Source of the DNA: a phage
Direction: 5' to 3' (one strand)
Length of the DNA: 40,530 nucleotides
Sequence record: PZ513997.1
Shown here: positions 16,375 through 26,376 of the stretch, piece after piece
Numbering within the stretch: the first letter of the stretch is position 1
How the letters are laid out: each line of letters opens with the position of its first letter
The notes under the pieces: generated by a model
Seen by the model: the letters and a program-made list of their open reading frames with translations, nothing else
Told to the model about the DNA's origin: nothing
Databases searched by the model: none
Position numbers and translations under genes: made by a program

Positions 16375-16758
16375 ATGACTGTAGAAATTGCACAGACTAA
16401 AGAAGTACTGAAGACCTTCCAAGAAGTAGCAAGCGCAGTAGCTAGCTTTATCGTATCTCTGGATTCAGATGAAGCGGTATCGGTGCAGCCTATTAAGAAA
16501 GCTATCGTAAAGCTGGCTGAGCAGTACGGCGCAGACTTCGGCATCGTAGAGAAAGAGATGCGAGAGAACAACGATATTGCAGCTAAGTCTGAAGAGTTAC
16601 TAGATGACCCGCTGGTTTACGTACGCATTGCTGGTACATTAAACTCACATGTAGGTAATCTTGCAGCAGTAATCTACGACGTAGAGCAATCTGCAATGGG
16701 CATTGAAGTTATGGGCAACCTGCTCGGTACGGTTCTGATTCTGGAAGAGGCATACTAA
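16375..16758 (+). CDS. hypothetical acidic protein
   Basis: 127 aa, acidic. Immediately upstream of the exonuclease gene. Confidence 0.35.
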   Translation: MTVEIAQTKEVLKTFQEVASAVASFIVSLDSDEAVSVQPIKKAIVKLAEQYGADFGIVEKEMRENNDIAAKSEELLDDPLVYVRIAGTLNSHVGNLAAVIYDVEQSAMGIEVMGNLLGTVLILEEAY

Positions 16759-17679
16759 ATGATGATTGGCGGCGTTAATCTAGATACTCTGGCGGTTCAA
16801 CTAGAGACGCCGCCAGTCTCTGATAAGGTACTGCTGTTAGATGCAGACCAGCATATATACAAAGCCGCTAGTACTGTTAAGCGGCTTGATACTGCAATAC
16901 GTAGGTTTTACCAGTCAGTACTAGAGGAGAAATTCTATGTTAACACTAAAGAAGTTCGGGCCTACATTACGCCTTCTAATAACTTTAAGTGCGGACGTTT
17001 CCTACTACCGACCGTTAAGCCCTATCAACAACAACGTTCAACTAGAGAAGAGCTACCTCTCAAGGCCCCACTTAAAGAACATCTTATCGCTAATCCGCAT
17101 GAATACGCAGCGCAAGGTATAGAAATTGTATTCGATTACTTAGCTGAAGCGGATGACCGTATCATAGAAGACAGCATTGAGTTCGGAGAGCGAGGTGTAG
17201 TTAGCAGCTTCGATAAAGATATGAATCTGTGCAGAGGTCCTAAGTGGAATCCCGAGCTGGGCACTATCGACACTATTGATAACGAGTACGGTTGGATAGA
17301 TTACAATAAGGATAAAGGTAAGATTGTAGGACATGGCACAGCATTTTTCTGGGCGCAGATGCTAATGGGTGATACTGCTGACAACGTCAAAGGTATTCAA
17401 ACTTTAAACGGTAAATCTTGCGGTCCGGCTAAGGCTTACGAGTTCTTAAAGGACTTCACAGATTCGACCAACTCAGCTAGGGCAGTAGTCCTAGCTTACG
17501 CTGAAATTAACCAGAACTTCCTAGCCGAGGCTGAATGCCTATGGCTGCACAGAAACAAAGATGATTCAGCATTCAAGTACATACACCCTTTGTTAGACGA
17601 CGAGCTTCAGAAGTGGTGCGAGTCTCTACATTCCTACAACGAGGATTACAAAGCATGGCGACTTTCAACGCAGCAGTAG
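16759..17679 (+). CDS. 5'-3' exonuclease (T7 gp6-like, FEN family)
   Basis: 306 aa. Matches to T7 gene 6 exonuclease blocks: 'VLLLDADQHIYKA' vs T7 'ILVMDGDWLVFQA'; 'VVSSFDKDMNL' vs 'IISCDKDFKTI'; 'MGDTADNVKGIQ' vs 'KGDITDGYSGIA'. Confidence 0.8.
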   Translation: MMIGGVNLDTLAVQLETPPVSDKVLLLDADQHIYKAASTVKRLDTAIRRFYQSVLEEKFYVNTKEVRAYITPSNNFKCGRFLLPTVKPYQQQRSTREELPLKAPLKEHLIANPHEYAAQGIEIVFDYLAEADDRIIEDSIEFGERGVVSSFDKDMNLCRGPKWNPELGTIDTIDNEYGWIDYNKDKGKIVGHGTAFFWAQMLMGDTADNVKGIQTLNGKSCGPAKAYEFLKDFTDSTNSARAVVLAYAEINQNFLAEAECLWLHRNKDDSAFKYIHPLLDDELQKWCESLHSYNEDYKAWRLSTQQ

Positions 17680-17704
17680 ATGGCGACTTTCAACGCAGCA
17701 GTAG
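17655..17704 (+). repeat. exact 25-bp tandem duplication at a CDS junction
   Basis: 'atggcgactttcaacgcagcagtag' at 17655-17679 (exonuclease 3' end) and again at 17680-17704 (start of next ORF). Same signature as the 44-bp case. Confidence 0.7.
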
Positions 17705-17874
17705 AAGCAATCGTGGAACTGTACTTCAAAGAAGAGTTCGCAGAGATGGAAGCTAAGCTGTCTGACTTGTACGATGTAAGTCCTGAGTTGTACAGACAAG
17801 CGCAGGTTAAGCTAGAAGATTTGATTGCAGAGCAACATTGCTTAGATGAAGGTGAGGAGCTTGATTTATGGTAA
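17680..17874 (+). CDS. small acidic hypothetical protein
   Basis: 64 aa, strongly acidic, between exonuclease and endonuclease VII. Confidence 0.35.
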   Translation: MATFNAAVEAIVELYFKEEFAEMEAKLSDLYDVSPELYRQAQVKLEDLIAEQHCLDEGEELDLW

Positions 17875-18300
17875 ATGGTAATGCGTAAGGTTACACGTGC
17901 ACAGTTAAGAAGCATCACTATGAAACTGGCTAAGGAGCAGGGAGGTAACTGCCTGCTCTGCGGCGAGCCTTTGGACTTCTCAATTAAAGGGGCTAAAGGT
18001 GATAGCGTTGTTTGTGACCATGACCATATTACTGGACGTATTCGTGGGGCATTGCACAGGTCGTGCAATGGGGGTGAGGGGAAAGTGGCGTCCGCTTGCG
18101 GTAGGTGGATTGTTGGTAGTATGGGTAGCAGTGCTGCTATCGCCAATGCTCTGCGCAATATGGCTGACTACTTAGAGCGTGAACCTACTGACTTCATTTA
18201 TCCTACGCACAAAACAGAAGAAGAGAAGCGCCTAGCAGCTAACGCTAAGGCACGTAAGGCTAGGGCAACCCGTAAGGCAGCACAGGAGATTAAGAAATGA
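17875..18300 (+). CDS. endonuclease VII-like DNA junction-resolving enzyme
   Basis: 141 aa. 'CLLCGEPLDF...VVCDHDHITGRIRGALHRSCNGGEG' matches the T4 endonuclease VII zinc-binding/HNH-like core (C-x2-C ... DHDH-x-TG-x-RG ... CN). phiKMV-like phages carry this in the same position. Confidence 0.8.
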   Translation: MVMRKVTRAQLRSITMKLAKEQGGNCLLCGEPLDFSIKGAKGDSVVCDHDHITGRIRGALHRSCNGGEGKVASACGRWIVGSMGSSAAIANALRNMADYLEREPTDFIYPTHKTEEEKRLAANAKARKARATRKAAQEIKK

Positions 18301-18741
18301 ATGAGTGATGAATTAGAGATAGGTCGTGAGTATACTTGGGGATCTGGGGCATGTACATATGTTCGTGATGAGTATGGGATTTGGTGTTTAAGAGACAAGG
18401 GTCATAGGCTCAGTAAGGACAGGGCAGCAGAGCATATTAAATATGCTACCAGTTACAGTAAGTTCCGCTATTTGAATGATGGGAAAGCTGCGGGTCGTCT
18501 TAATGTTGACGACGTACGCAAACCTTCACATTACCAAGTATTCCCGGACGTAGAGAGTATTGAGATTATCGCACGTAGCATGACGCAAGCAGAGTTCAAA
18601 GGCTTCTGCCTCGGTAATGTTCTGAAGTACCGACTGCGTGCAGGTAAGAAGTCTGAACTTGCTACAATGGAGAAGGACCTGAAGAAGGCCGACTTTTATA
18701 AAGAACTGTTCGAACAGCATAAGGGTAAATGCTATGAGTAA
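18301..18741 (+). CDS. hypothetical protein
   Basis: 146 aa, between endonuclease VII and RNA polymerase. No motif recognised with confidence. Confidence 0.35.
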   Translation: MSDELEIGREYTWGSGACTYVRDEYGIWCLRDKGHRLSKDRAAEHIKYATSYSKFRYLNDGKAAGRLNVDDVRKPSHYQVFPDVESIEIIARSMTQAEFKGFCLGNVLKYRLRAGKKSELATMEKDLKKADFYKELFEQHKGKCYE

Positions 18742-19035
18742 ATGAGTAAGAAGATTATCGCAGTGATTGAACTTCAGACTGAAGATTTAGATTTAGCTGA
18801 GGAGTTCATGCAGAATCTGTTTCAAGCAGGTGCAGATTACGGTCACGTCCGTAAAGATTATGATTTCTACCTGATGGAAGGCGACAACGAGTTCGTAGAG
18901 GTATTACATTGAATGTGCAGTGAATGGTGTATGGCACGCTGGACTGAAGCAATTGAAGCAGGTAACGAAGCAGCAGCTAAAGACTATCAAGAACTTTACG
19001 TGCTCTGGAAAGAGCGCGAAGATAAAGCTAAGTAA

Positions 19036-21486
19036 ATGAAACACGAATCATTAGAACAGAAAGTAGAACGTCAGGTACAGCTAGAGAAGGATTACCGTAC
19101 ACGTAGCCTGAATAAGTCACGTGAGCTTGTACAGAAAGCTATGCAAGCTGGTAATCTTTCAAGCCTGCCTAAGGTATCTCGTATGATTGCAGCTGCTTAC
19201 GACACCGTAGCAGCAGGCATTGACGAGATGAAGGCAGAGAAAACAGCAGGCGTAGGCGGCAAGTACCGCAGCGTTATACGTCTGGTTCCTACGGATGTAC
19301 TGACCGTGATGACTTTAACTAAGTGTTTCGATGCCCTCTTTGTATCTGAAGGCGGCAGCTCTCGCGTGAGTGCTGGTACTCTGCTGGCTAATATTGGTCG
19401 TCAGGTACAGGCAGAAGTCCTAAGCATTCAGCTTGAGACTGTAGCACCTGCATACATGAACCGAGTGTTCGAGTACTTGAAAGAACGTAATACTACCAGC
19501 CCTTCCCACATCATGAAGACACTGCGCGCTTCAGCTGAGAATGTGCACTTAGGGCATGAGCCGTGGAGCAACTCTCAATGTGTAGCGGTAGGTAAGCTCC
19601 TGCTTCAACCAGCTTGGGAGACGGGCCTGTTCCAGTGGGATAAGGCTACCGATGCCACCCGCATGTCCTACCTTGCACCTGCACCTGAATTAGCCGAGCA
19701 CTTGCAAGAACTGGTAGAAGATGCAGATACAGTAGATATCAAGCCGCCTATGCTGGTTAAGCCTAACCGCCACGATACACTGTTCTCCGGCGGTTACCTG
19801 CTCCCTTCTACCTGTAAGCGTGGTACTTATCACAACCGCCAGATTACTCGCAGCATGAAGCGCGATGTGTCTGACGCATTCAAGGAAGCGACTGAACTTA
19901 AGTCTGCTCTGAATAAGTCTCAAGAAGTTCCTTACGTAATTAACAAGCAGATTCTTAACCTGATTAATGAGGCGCGTCGTACTGGAGTAACTGCCGGTAT
20001 GCCCAGCGCTTTCCCTGCTCCTAAACCTGAATGGTATCTGGACGGTGTACCTAAAGAAGAGTACACAGAGCGTCAGATGGATGACTTCCAAACTTGGAAG
20101 ATGAACATGCGCAACTGGTACATCAATGAGCGTGCAAGGGTAAGTAAGCTGCGTTCCTTGATTTCACTGGTTCAGATTTGCGAAGAGTTTAAAGATGAAG
20201 AAGAGCTGTACTTCCCAACCTGCGTTGACTGGCGCTACCGTCTGTACTTCAAATCAAGCCTGCATCCTCAAGGTTCTGACATGCAAAAAGCTCTGCTGTC
20301 CTTCGGTCGGGCAAAGCCTCTGGGAGAGCGGGGTCTGTTTTGGCTCAAGGTACACGTCGCTACCTGCTATGGTTATGATAAGGCCTTATTCGAAAAGCGT
20401 GCAGCTTGGACTGATGCTAATATCGAGCAGATTCGACTTGTCGCATCAAGTCCGTTTAATGCAGAGGCTTTTAAAAGTGCCGACAGTCCGTGGTGTTTTC
20501 TGGCTGCCTGCATCGACCTCGTTGCTGCTCTTGACTCTGAAAGCCCAGAGCTTTACGAATCGCGGCTTCCGGTGGCTATGGATGCAACCAACTCTGGCAG
20601 CCAGCACTTCTCAGCTCTACTGCGTGACCCAGTAGGCGGTAAACTTACTAACCTGTTCTGGGAAGGTAACGAAGAGAAAGCGGATATGTACATGGACGTT
20701 AAGCAGCGTACTGATGCTAAGGTCATCATGGACTTGGACAATCCTGAGTTCGTAGTACAGGCTCAGTTCTGGCGTGAGAACGAGATTACTCGTAGCATGA
20801 CCAAGCGCCCTTGCATGACACACGTATACTCTGCAACTGTTCGCTCGTGCTCTGAGTACATCCTCCAGTCTGCGCAGGAGGAAGGCTACGAAGGCACTGA
20901 GGAGTACAGCCTGTTCAAGCTGGCAGGTTACCTGAGTGGACGTATGAAGGCGGCGGTAGAGGACGCTAACCCAGCGGCTACAGCAGCAATGAAGTACCTG
21001 CAATCCCTGTGCTATAAAGTTCCGGCAGCCAATCACCTGCAATGGAAGACTCCGCTAGGTGGTCTGGTTATTAATCGTTACACTGAGTCTGAAGAGACTA
21101 CAGTCAAGGTTAAGAGCATGAACTTATCGCACCTGCTTATCTATAACCGTAACTACGATGTAAACAACAAGCGTAAGGCTAAGTCAGGTATCTCCCCTAA
21201 CTGGATTCACAGCTTAGATGCCACGCACTTGATGATGACTATTAATGCGTTCGAAGGTGATATCATGCCTATTCACGATTCAGTAGCTACACATGCTTGT
21301 GATGTAGATGTAATGCAGAAGGCAGTACGCGAGCAGTTCGTGCGCCTGTACACTGAGCACGATGTACTGCAAGAGATTACTGACGCAGCCGTAGAATGCG
21401 GCGCTGACTTGGAAGGTTTAGAAATGCCTGTTAAAGGTAATCTTAATATCCAATTAGTGAAGGAATCCCCGTTCTTCTTCTGCTGA
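19036..21486 (+). CDS. T7-like single-subunit DNA-directed RNA polymerase
   Basis: 816 aa. 'DATNSGSQHFSALLRD' vs T7 'DGSCSGIQHFSAMLRD'; 'RSMTKRPCMTHVYSA' vs T7 'RSVTKRSVMTLAYGS'; 'PIHDSVATH' vs T7 'IHDSFGT'. Its position after the replication genes is the phiKMV-like arrangement. Confidence 0.95.
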   Translation: MKHESLEQKVERQVQLEKDYRTRSLNKSRELVQKAMQAGNLSSLPKVSRMIAAAYDTVAAGIDEMKAEKTAGVGGKYRSVIRLVPTDVLTVMTLTKCFDALFVSEGGSSRVSAGTLLANIGRQVQAEVLSIQLETVAPAYMNRVFEYLKERNTTSPSHIMKTLRASAENVHLGHEPWSNSQCVAVGKLLLQPAWETGLFQWDKATDATRMSYLAPAPELAEHLQELVEDADTVDIKPPMLVKPNRHDTLFSGGYLLPSTCKRGTYHNRQITRSMKRDVSDAFKEATELKSALNKSQEVPYVINKQILNLINEARRTGVTAGMPSAFPAPKPEWYLDGVPKEEYTERQMDDFQTWKMNMRNWYINERARVSKLRSLISLVQICEEFKDEEELYFPTCVDWRYRLYFKSSLHPQGSDMQKALLSFGRAKPLGERGLFWLKVHVATCYGYDKALFEKRAAWTDANIEQIRLVASSPFNAEAFKSADSPWCFLAACIDLVAALDSESPELYESRLPVAMDATNSGSQHFSALLRDPVGGKLTNLFWEGNEEKADMYMDVKQRTDAKVIMDLDNPEFVVQAQFWRENEITRSMTKRPCMTHVYSATVRSCSEYILQSAQEEGYEGTEEYSLFKLAGYLSGRMKAAVEDANPAATAAMKYLQSLCYKVPAANHLQWKTPLGGLVINRYTESEETTVKVKSMNLSHLLIYNRNYDVNNKRKAKSGISPNWIHSLDATHLMMTINAFEGDIMPIHDSVATHACDVDVMQKAVREQFVRLYTEHDVLQEITDAAVECGADLEGLEMPVKGNLNIQLVKESPFFFC

Positions 21487-21915
21487 ATGAGCAATACATT
21501 AAACACAGCACAATACACAACACATCTCTACAATTGGAACAACTCTTCTGATTACATAATCAGCATTGTTAAACAATTGCATGTATGGGGTATTGGTATC
21601 CAGTTAGGAATGGATGAGGAAGAGCATTTCCAGAAGGTTGTGCAAGAGATACAAGGACACAGTGTATTAGCAGTATTCAGCGGTGATGAGCTAATCGGAG
21701 GCGTAAGTATTATTCCTCAGTTATTAGAGAATAGTCATTATACAGGTAAGAGTATGGCTACAGGATTTATGGTAGTCGAGCCTTATCACCCTAAAGCAGT
21801 TGCTACGCTCTACAGGAATTTAAAACGAATCGTTCGGGAGAACGGTGCAGACTGGCTTATATTCACACGTGCAGTATCTGACGTGGATTACTTACAGAAG
21901 GGGATTAAGCTTTGA
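21487..21915 (+). CDS. hypothetical protein
   Basis: 142 aa directly downstream of the RNA polymerase. A weak impression of an acetyltransferase-like fold, not supportable without a search. Confidence 0.3.
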   Translation: MSNTLNTAQYTTHLYNWNNSSDYIISIVKQLHVWGIGIQLGMDEEEHFQKVVQEIQGHSVLAVFSGDELIGGVSIIPQLLENSHYTGKSMATGFMVVEPYHPKAVATLYRNLKRIVRENGADWLIFTRAVSDVDYLQKGIKL

Positions 21916-22392
21916 TTGAAAGGTATTGAAGAATACATAGCTTTAGACCCAAGTAGCCCTACGTATCTTAGCTGGATTAAGGCACCTCTTAGAGGACGTG
22001 TTAAAGTCGGCGAGCCGGCATTAATTTCCTTAAGCAAGACTAATTACTATCGTGGGAAGTTTCAGCAAAAGAACCTGCTTGCGCATCGCGTGGTGTACTA
22101 CCTCGCTACTGGAATTGAACCTCCAGCAATGCTAGACCATACAGACGGTAACAGGCAGAACAACAACCCAGATAACTTAAGGGCAGTAACTGCTCGAGAG
22201 AACAATCACAATAGGCATGCATGTAAAGGCTACCACTGGCGAAGTAACAGAAATCACTGGTGCGCTCAGATACATGTAGATGGGAAGGAGATATACCTAG
22301 GCTCCTTTCAAACTGAAGCGGAAGCTAGGGCAGCTTATCTAGAAGGTAAGCGGATATACCACCCAAGTGCACCGGTACATTTACTTAACTAA
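21916..22392 (+). CDS. HNH homing endonuclease with AP2-like domain
   Basis: 158 aa, TTG start as called. 'EEYIALDPSSPTYLSWIK', 'MLDHTDGNRQNNNPDNLRAVTARENNHN', AP2-like 'WCAQIHVDGKEIYLGSFQTEAEARAAYL'. Paralogue of 15118-15570. Confidence 0.7.
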   Translation: MKGIEEYIALDPSSPTYLSWIKAPLRGRVKVGEPALISLSKTNYYRGKFQQKNLLAHRVVYYLATGIEPPAMLDHTDGNRQNNNPDNLRAVTARENNHNRHACKGYHWRSNRNHWCAQIHVDGKEIYLGSFQTEAEARAAYLEGKRIYHPSAPVHLLN

Positions 22393-22614
22393 TTGGTTGG
22401 ATTGACTGATACAGCGGCGCTGGAAGCACAGCAGAAGGCGGCGCGTGAACAACAGGAAGCACTGCAAGCGCAGGCAGCTCTGGATAACGATCAGTCTGGA
22501 GAAAATCTCACGCAGGTTGAATCTGGTGGTGCAGCTAATGCATCCGGTGCATCTATTACAGCAGACCAGCGCAAGCGCCGTCAGGGTGCAGCATCAACTG
22601 CCTTAGGTATCTAA
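22393..22614 (+). CDS. hypothetical protein
   Basis: 73 aa, TTG start as called, directly upstream of the portal gene. Confidence 0.3.
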   Translation: MVGLTDTAALEAQQKAAREQQEALQAQAALDNDQSGENLTQVESGGAANASGASITADQRKRRQGAASTALGI

Positions 22615-24171
22615 ATGCAGAAGCGTCTATCCGAACTGTTTGTTAAATTAAAGGACCCTTCAGTTCTAGACGCTAGTGAACAGTTCGCTAACTGGACTCT
22701 TCCTAACGTCTTTACTAAGGATATCTCCGGTAACGATGGTAGACGCACTTCACTTCAACGCGATTACCAAAGTACTGGGGCACTACTAATTAACTCAGCT
22801 GCAACTAAGATTGCAAACGCCTTGTTTCCACAAGGTAGTCCATTCTTTAGATTTGCAGATTCAGAAGAGCTTGCTAGTGTAATAAGCGAGCTTGGTATTC
22901 AAGGTACTGTATTCTCAGCTCAGGCAGAGATGGAGGACACAGCATCAAGTCTAGTATTTACTCGTGGCGGCTACGCAGCTAAGCTACGTGCCACTAAGCT
23001 CCTGCTTGTAACTGGTAATGCCTTAGAGTACTTCGATGACAGCACAGGACGTAGCTACATCTACAGTGTACGTGATTACGTAACTAAGCGAGATGGTGCA
23101 GGTAATGTCTTAATGACAGTTCTGCGTGAGCGTATCAGCGTAGCAGACATCCCAGACGATATCAGAAGTGCACACTTTGCACAGAAAGATACTTACGATG
23201 ATGTCGCGCTCTATACTGGTATCATGCGTGAGAACCGAGAGACGGGTGCTGTATATAAAGTTTATCAAGAAGTAGAAACCTTCCCTGTTGGCGAGGCTAG
23301 TTACTACCCTGAGAACGAATGCCCTTATATTGTGTTAGCATGGAACCTAGTTAACGGTGAGCATTACGGACGTGGCCTTGTTGAAGACTATGCCGGAGAC
23401 TTTGCACGATTATCAGTTCTGAGTAAGAGCCTGACCTTGTATGAGGTTGAAGCTGCTCGCGTAGTGAATATGGTATCCTCTGCCTCTGGTGTAGATATCG
23501 ACTCATTACAGGATGCTGAGACAGGTGAGTTCGTACAGACTAACCAGCCTGCTGGTTCTCAGTCTGGGGTATGGGCACACGAAGGTGGTAATGCTCAGAA
23601 GATTAACTCACTACAGCAAGAGATTCAGTTGCTGGAGCAGAAGCTGGCACGTGCATTCATGTACGGAGGCAATACTCGTCAAGGCGAGCGTGTAACGGCT
23701 TATGAGATTCGTCAGAATGCTCAGGAAGCTCAGGCTGCTCTAGGCGATGCTTACTCTACACTTGCAGATAATTGGCTTCGTAGACTCGCGTACTTGTACG
23801 TTCTGAATAAATACCCTGAGATTAAACCTCAGCTTGACCTCGGCATTATGTCATTAGACGTAACCGTAGGTACTGCTTCCTTATATAAGGCTGCACAAGC
23901 AGACCGTTTACTTGAGGCAGTTCAGAGCCTGCAATTAATTGTACCAGTCCTACAGCAGAGTACTGCACGTACTAACGTAGATGCGTTGATTGATACCGTA
24001 CTAGATAGCTTCGGCGTACAGTCTAATAAGTTCTTCTATACAGAGGAAGAGCTACAGGCTATGCAGCAGCAGCAACAAGCACAGCAGCAGCAGGACGTTC
24101 AGGCACAGCAGTCATTACTGCAAGCTCAGGACCCTACTATCGCTGGTGAGCAATTAGGTTTAATTCCATAA
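22615..24171 (+). CDS. portal (head-tail connector) protein, T7 gp8-like
   Basis: 518 aa. Size and position (first large gene of the structural block, before scaffold and capsid) match T7 gp8. Gln-rich C-terminal tract. Confidence 0.75.
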   Translation: MQKRLSELFVKLKDPSVLDASEQFANWTLPNVFTKDISGNDGRRTSLQRDYQSTGALLINSAATKIANALFPQGSPFFRFADSEELASVISELGIQGTVFSAQAEMEDTASSLVFTRGGYAAKLRATKLLLVTGNALEYFDDSTGRSYIYSVRDYVTKRDGAGNVLMTVLRERISVADIPDDIRSAHFAQKDTYDDVALYTGIMRENRETGAVYKVYQEVETFPVGEASYYPENECPYIVLAWNLVNGEHYGRGLVEDYAGDFARLSVLSKSLTLYEVEAARVVNMVSSASGVDIDSLQDAETGEFVQTNQPAGSQSGVWAHEGGNAQKINSLQQEIQLLEQKLARAFMYGGNTRQGERVTAYEIRQNAQEAQAALGDAYSTLADNWLRRLAYLYVLNKYPEIKPQLDLGIMSLDVTVGTASLYKAAQADRLLEAVQSLQLIVPVLQQSTARTNVDALIDTVLDSFGVQSNKFFYTEEELQAMQQQQQAQQQQDVQAQQSLLQAQDPTIAGEQLGLIP

Positions 24172-24990
24172 ATGTCAGAAGCAATTCAAGATGTATCTAG
24201 CGCCGTTCCAGAAACTACTGTTATTGAGAACGTTGGCGGTCCTAAGATTCCTGGGCCTCAAGGTGGCGTCAAAGCTCCGAACATGCAAGGAGTAGCACAG
24301 CCACAGGAACAAGAAGTTCCAGCAGCGTTAGATATTCAGGCACTGGCGCAGTCACTTAACAAATCAGAGACTGTTACTACTGAAGAGAAAGAACTTGCAG
24401 AGACAGGCAACCCGGCAATTGATGCTGGTATCGCCATGCTTAAACAGGTAGCTAAACTGAATGACGCAGATATGGTCCGTGCCATTGGTAAGGCAGTTGA
24501 GCGTGGTGATGCTACTCTAATTGATACGGCATTTATTAAGGAACGCTTCGGCGAACATGCTGCATATGCAGAGCTATTAGCTAAGGCTTATCTGGATGAC
24601 CAAGTAGGTCAAGCTCAGAAAGCAGTTAACTCGGCATATGAAGCAGCAGGTGGCAAGGAGAAGTGGGAAGCAGCTGCGCAGGTATTTAATGCAAAGGCCC
24701 CTCAGCATCTTCGTAACGCGGCACGTGCTTTAGCAGACTCTGGAGATATTCAGGGCGCCTCTAAGCTCGTACTGGAAACATGTCAATCAATGGGAATGAT
24801 TGCTCAGGTTAACCCTATGCTGAAAGGCGGTGCGGGTACAGCTGGTGCACTTACTGCCCAAGCGTTCTCTGAAGAGTACGCTAAACTCCGTAAAGAGGTC
24901 GGCAACCGTAGCCTAGAATCTAGTGCTTTCAACGGTCGCTACCAAGAGCTTCTTGCTCGTCGTGCTGCTGGTAAACGCGCTGGCATTTAA
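24172..24990 (+). CDS. capsid assembly scaffolding protein, T7 gp9-like
   Basis: 272 aa, acidic and Ala-rich, between portal and major capsid genes. Confidence 0.55.
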   Translation: MSEAIQDVSSAVPETTVIENVGGPKIPGPQGGVKAPNMQGVAQPQEQEVPAALDIQALAQSLNKSETVTTEEKELAETGNPAIDAGIAMLKQVAKLNDADMVRAIGKAVERGDATLIDTAFIKERFGEHAAYAELLAKAYLDDQVGQAQKAVNSAYEAAGGKEKWEAAAQVFNAKAPQHLRNAARALADSGDIQGASKLVLETCQSMGMIAQVNPMLKGGAGTAGALTAQAFSEEYAKLRKEVGNRSLESSAFNGRYQELLARRAAGKRAGI

Positions 24991-25182
24991 ATGAGTACAG
25001 TAGTTGAGGTAGTTTATAAGGACGGAACTTCAGAGGTTCTTGAAGGTTATACCGAGGTAAATGGAGGTAACACCGGGGCATTTCTGTTAGTTAGTGCTTA
25101 CCCTGAGTCACCTTCCCTTCCTAGAATTTACTTTAGCCCAGAAGCAATTAAATGCGTTAAGAAGTACACTCAAGTAGATTAA
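24991..25182 (+). CDS. hypothetical protein
   Basis: 63 aa ORF between scaffold and capsid genes. Confidence 0.3.
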   Translation: MSTVVEVVYKDGTSEVLEGYTEVNGGNTGAFLLVSAYPESPSLPRIYFSPEAIKCVKKYTQVD

Positions 25183-26175
25183 ATGGCTGATACTGCATAC
25201 ACTGGCAACTCTACTCGTCCACATTGGGGCGGCGCGTCCTCCGACGTTGATATTCATCTGGAAGTTTACCAGAATGAAGTAGATTCCCGCTTCGAATACC
25301 AAGCACTGTTCTTGGGCCTGTCTTCTCAGCGCTCTACTGCTGACCGCTCTAACACCTACCGTATTGACCGCCTGAACACTTCTAGCGTTAAGGGCCGTCA
25401 GTCTGGTGTAGCTCTGGACCCGACCCCAGTACGTAACGATAAGATGATTATCGTAGTTGATACCGTACTGTACATCCGTAACCCGATTGACTATCAGGAT
25501 GACTGGACTGCTCCAGACTTCCTTACCGAGATGGGTCAGAACAACGGTTACGAGTTCGCTGAGACCTTCGACCAAGCGCACCTCATTCAGCTGATTAAGG
25601 GCCGTTCTTGGACTGCTCCAGAACATCTGAAGCCTGCATTCTCTGATGGTATCGAAATCGCTGCTACTCTGTCACTTGACCCTGCCGATCAGGACCGTAT
25701 GGAACTGGACGCTATGCGCATTAATGAGGCGCACAAGAAAGGTGTTGATGAGCTGATTAAGCGTAAGGTTCCGCTGGGTGATATGGTTACTCTGGTATCT
25801 ACTGAGATTTACTCTAAGCTGCTGGAACATCCTAAGCTGTTCAACCGTGACTTCGGTGACTCCAACCTTGACGGCTTCAAGCAGCGTCGTGCTGTAGTTA
25901 TGAATGGTATTCCGGTTGTCGAAGCTGTAGAGTTCCCAGAAGCCGGCGCGCATCCGCTGGGCAGTGCTTACACTGTTACTGCTGATGATGCTGCTTGCCG
26001 TATGGTAACCTTCAGCAAGTCTAAGACTCTGGTAACTGTAGAAGCTAAGCCGTTCACCGCCCGTATTTGGGACGATGAGCTGAACTTCGCTAACGTGCTG
26101 GACTGCTACGCAATGTACACCGTCGGTAACCGCCGCCCGGATACTGCCGCTGTAGTCAAATTCACTTACGCTTAA
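25183..26175 (+). CDS. major capsid protein, T7 gp10-like
   Basis: 330 aa. Size and order match T7 gp10A. Local resemblance, e.g. 'VVMNGIPVVEAVEFPEAG' vs T7 'VMGFEVVEVPHLTAGG'. Confidence 0.8.
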   Translation: MADTAYTGNSTRPHWGGASSDVDIHLEVYQNEVDSRFEYQALFLGLSSQRSTADRSNTYRIDRLNTSSVKGRQSGVALDPTPVRNDKMIIVVDTVLYIRNPIDYQDDWTAPDFLTEMGQNNGYEFAETFDQAHLIQLIKGRSWTAPEHLKPAFSDGIEIAATLSLDPADQDRMELDAMRINEAHKKGVDELIKRKVPLGDMVTLVSTEIYSKLLEHPKLFNRDFGDSNLDGFKQRRAVVMNGIPVVEAVEFPEAGAHPLGSAYTVTADDAACRMVTFSKSKTLVTVEAKPFTARIWDDELNFANVLDCYAMYTVGNRRPDTAAVVKFTYA

Positions 26176-26376
26176 ATGGCCTTACTGGCAAGCATTGGTG
26201 CAAAGCCCATGACTAAACGTTATGAAGCTAAGCGTGCGCTTAAGCAAGTGGAAGTCGAGCTTAAACGAGTATCTCCAGAAGCTACTGCTGAAGAGGTAAT
26301 CGAAGTAGTTGTAAGCGTACTTAAATCTAAGCTCGGTGTAGCTGAGCCAAAGAAGAAAGCTAAGAAAGCTGAATAA
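26176..26376 (+). CDS. hypothetical protein
   Basis: 66 aa Lys-rich ORF between capsid and tail tubular genes. Confidence 0.3.
   Translation: MALLASIGAKPMTKRYEAKRALKQVEVELKRVSPEATAEEVIEVVVSVLKSKLGVAEPKKKAKKAE

Noticed and set aside
15790-16422. 210-aa minus-strand ORF
   Set aside because: Cys/Arg/Ser/His-rich low-complexity translation opposite the GC-rich Ala/Pro tail of the + strand gene; a shadow ORF. All credible genes are on the + strand, as expected for a T7-like phage.
7288-18741. DNA ligase, ssDNA-binding protein or lysozyme-type RNA polymerase inhibitor in the replication module
   Set aside because: No ORF shows a KxDG ligase motif or an acidic-tailed SSB signature. Absence cannot be proven by eye, so none is annotated.
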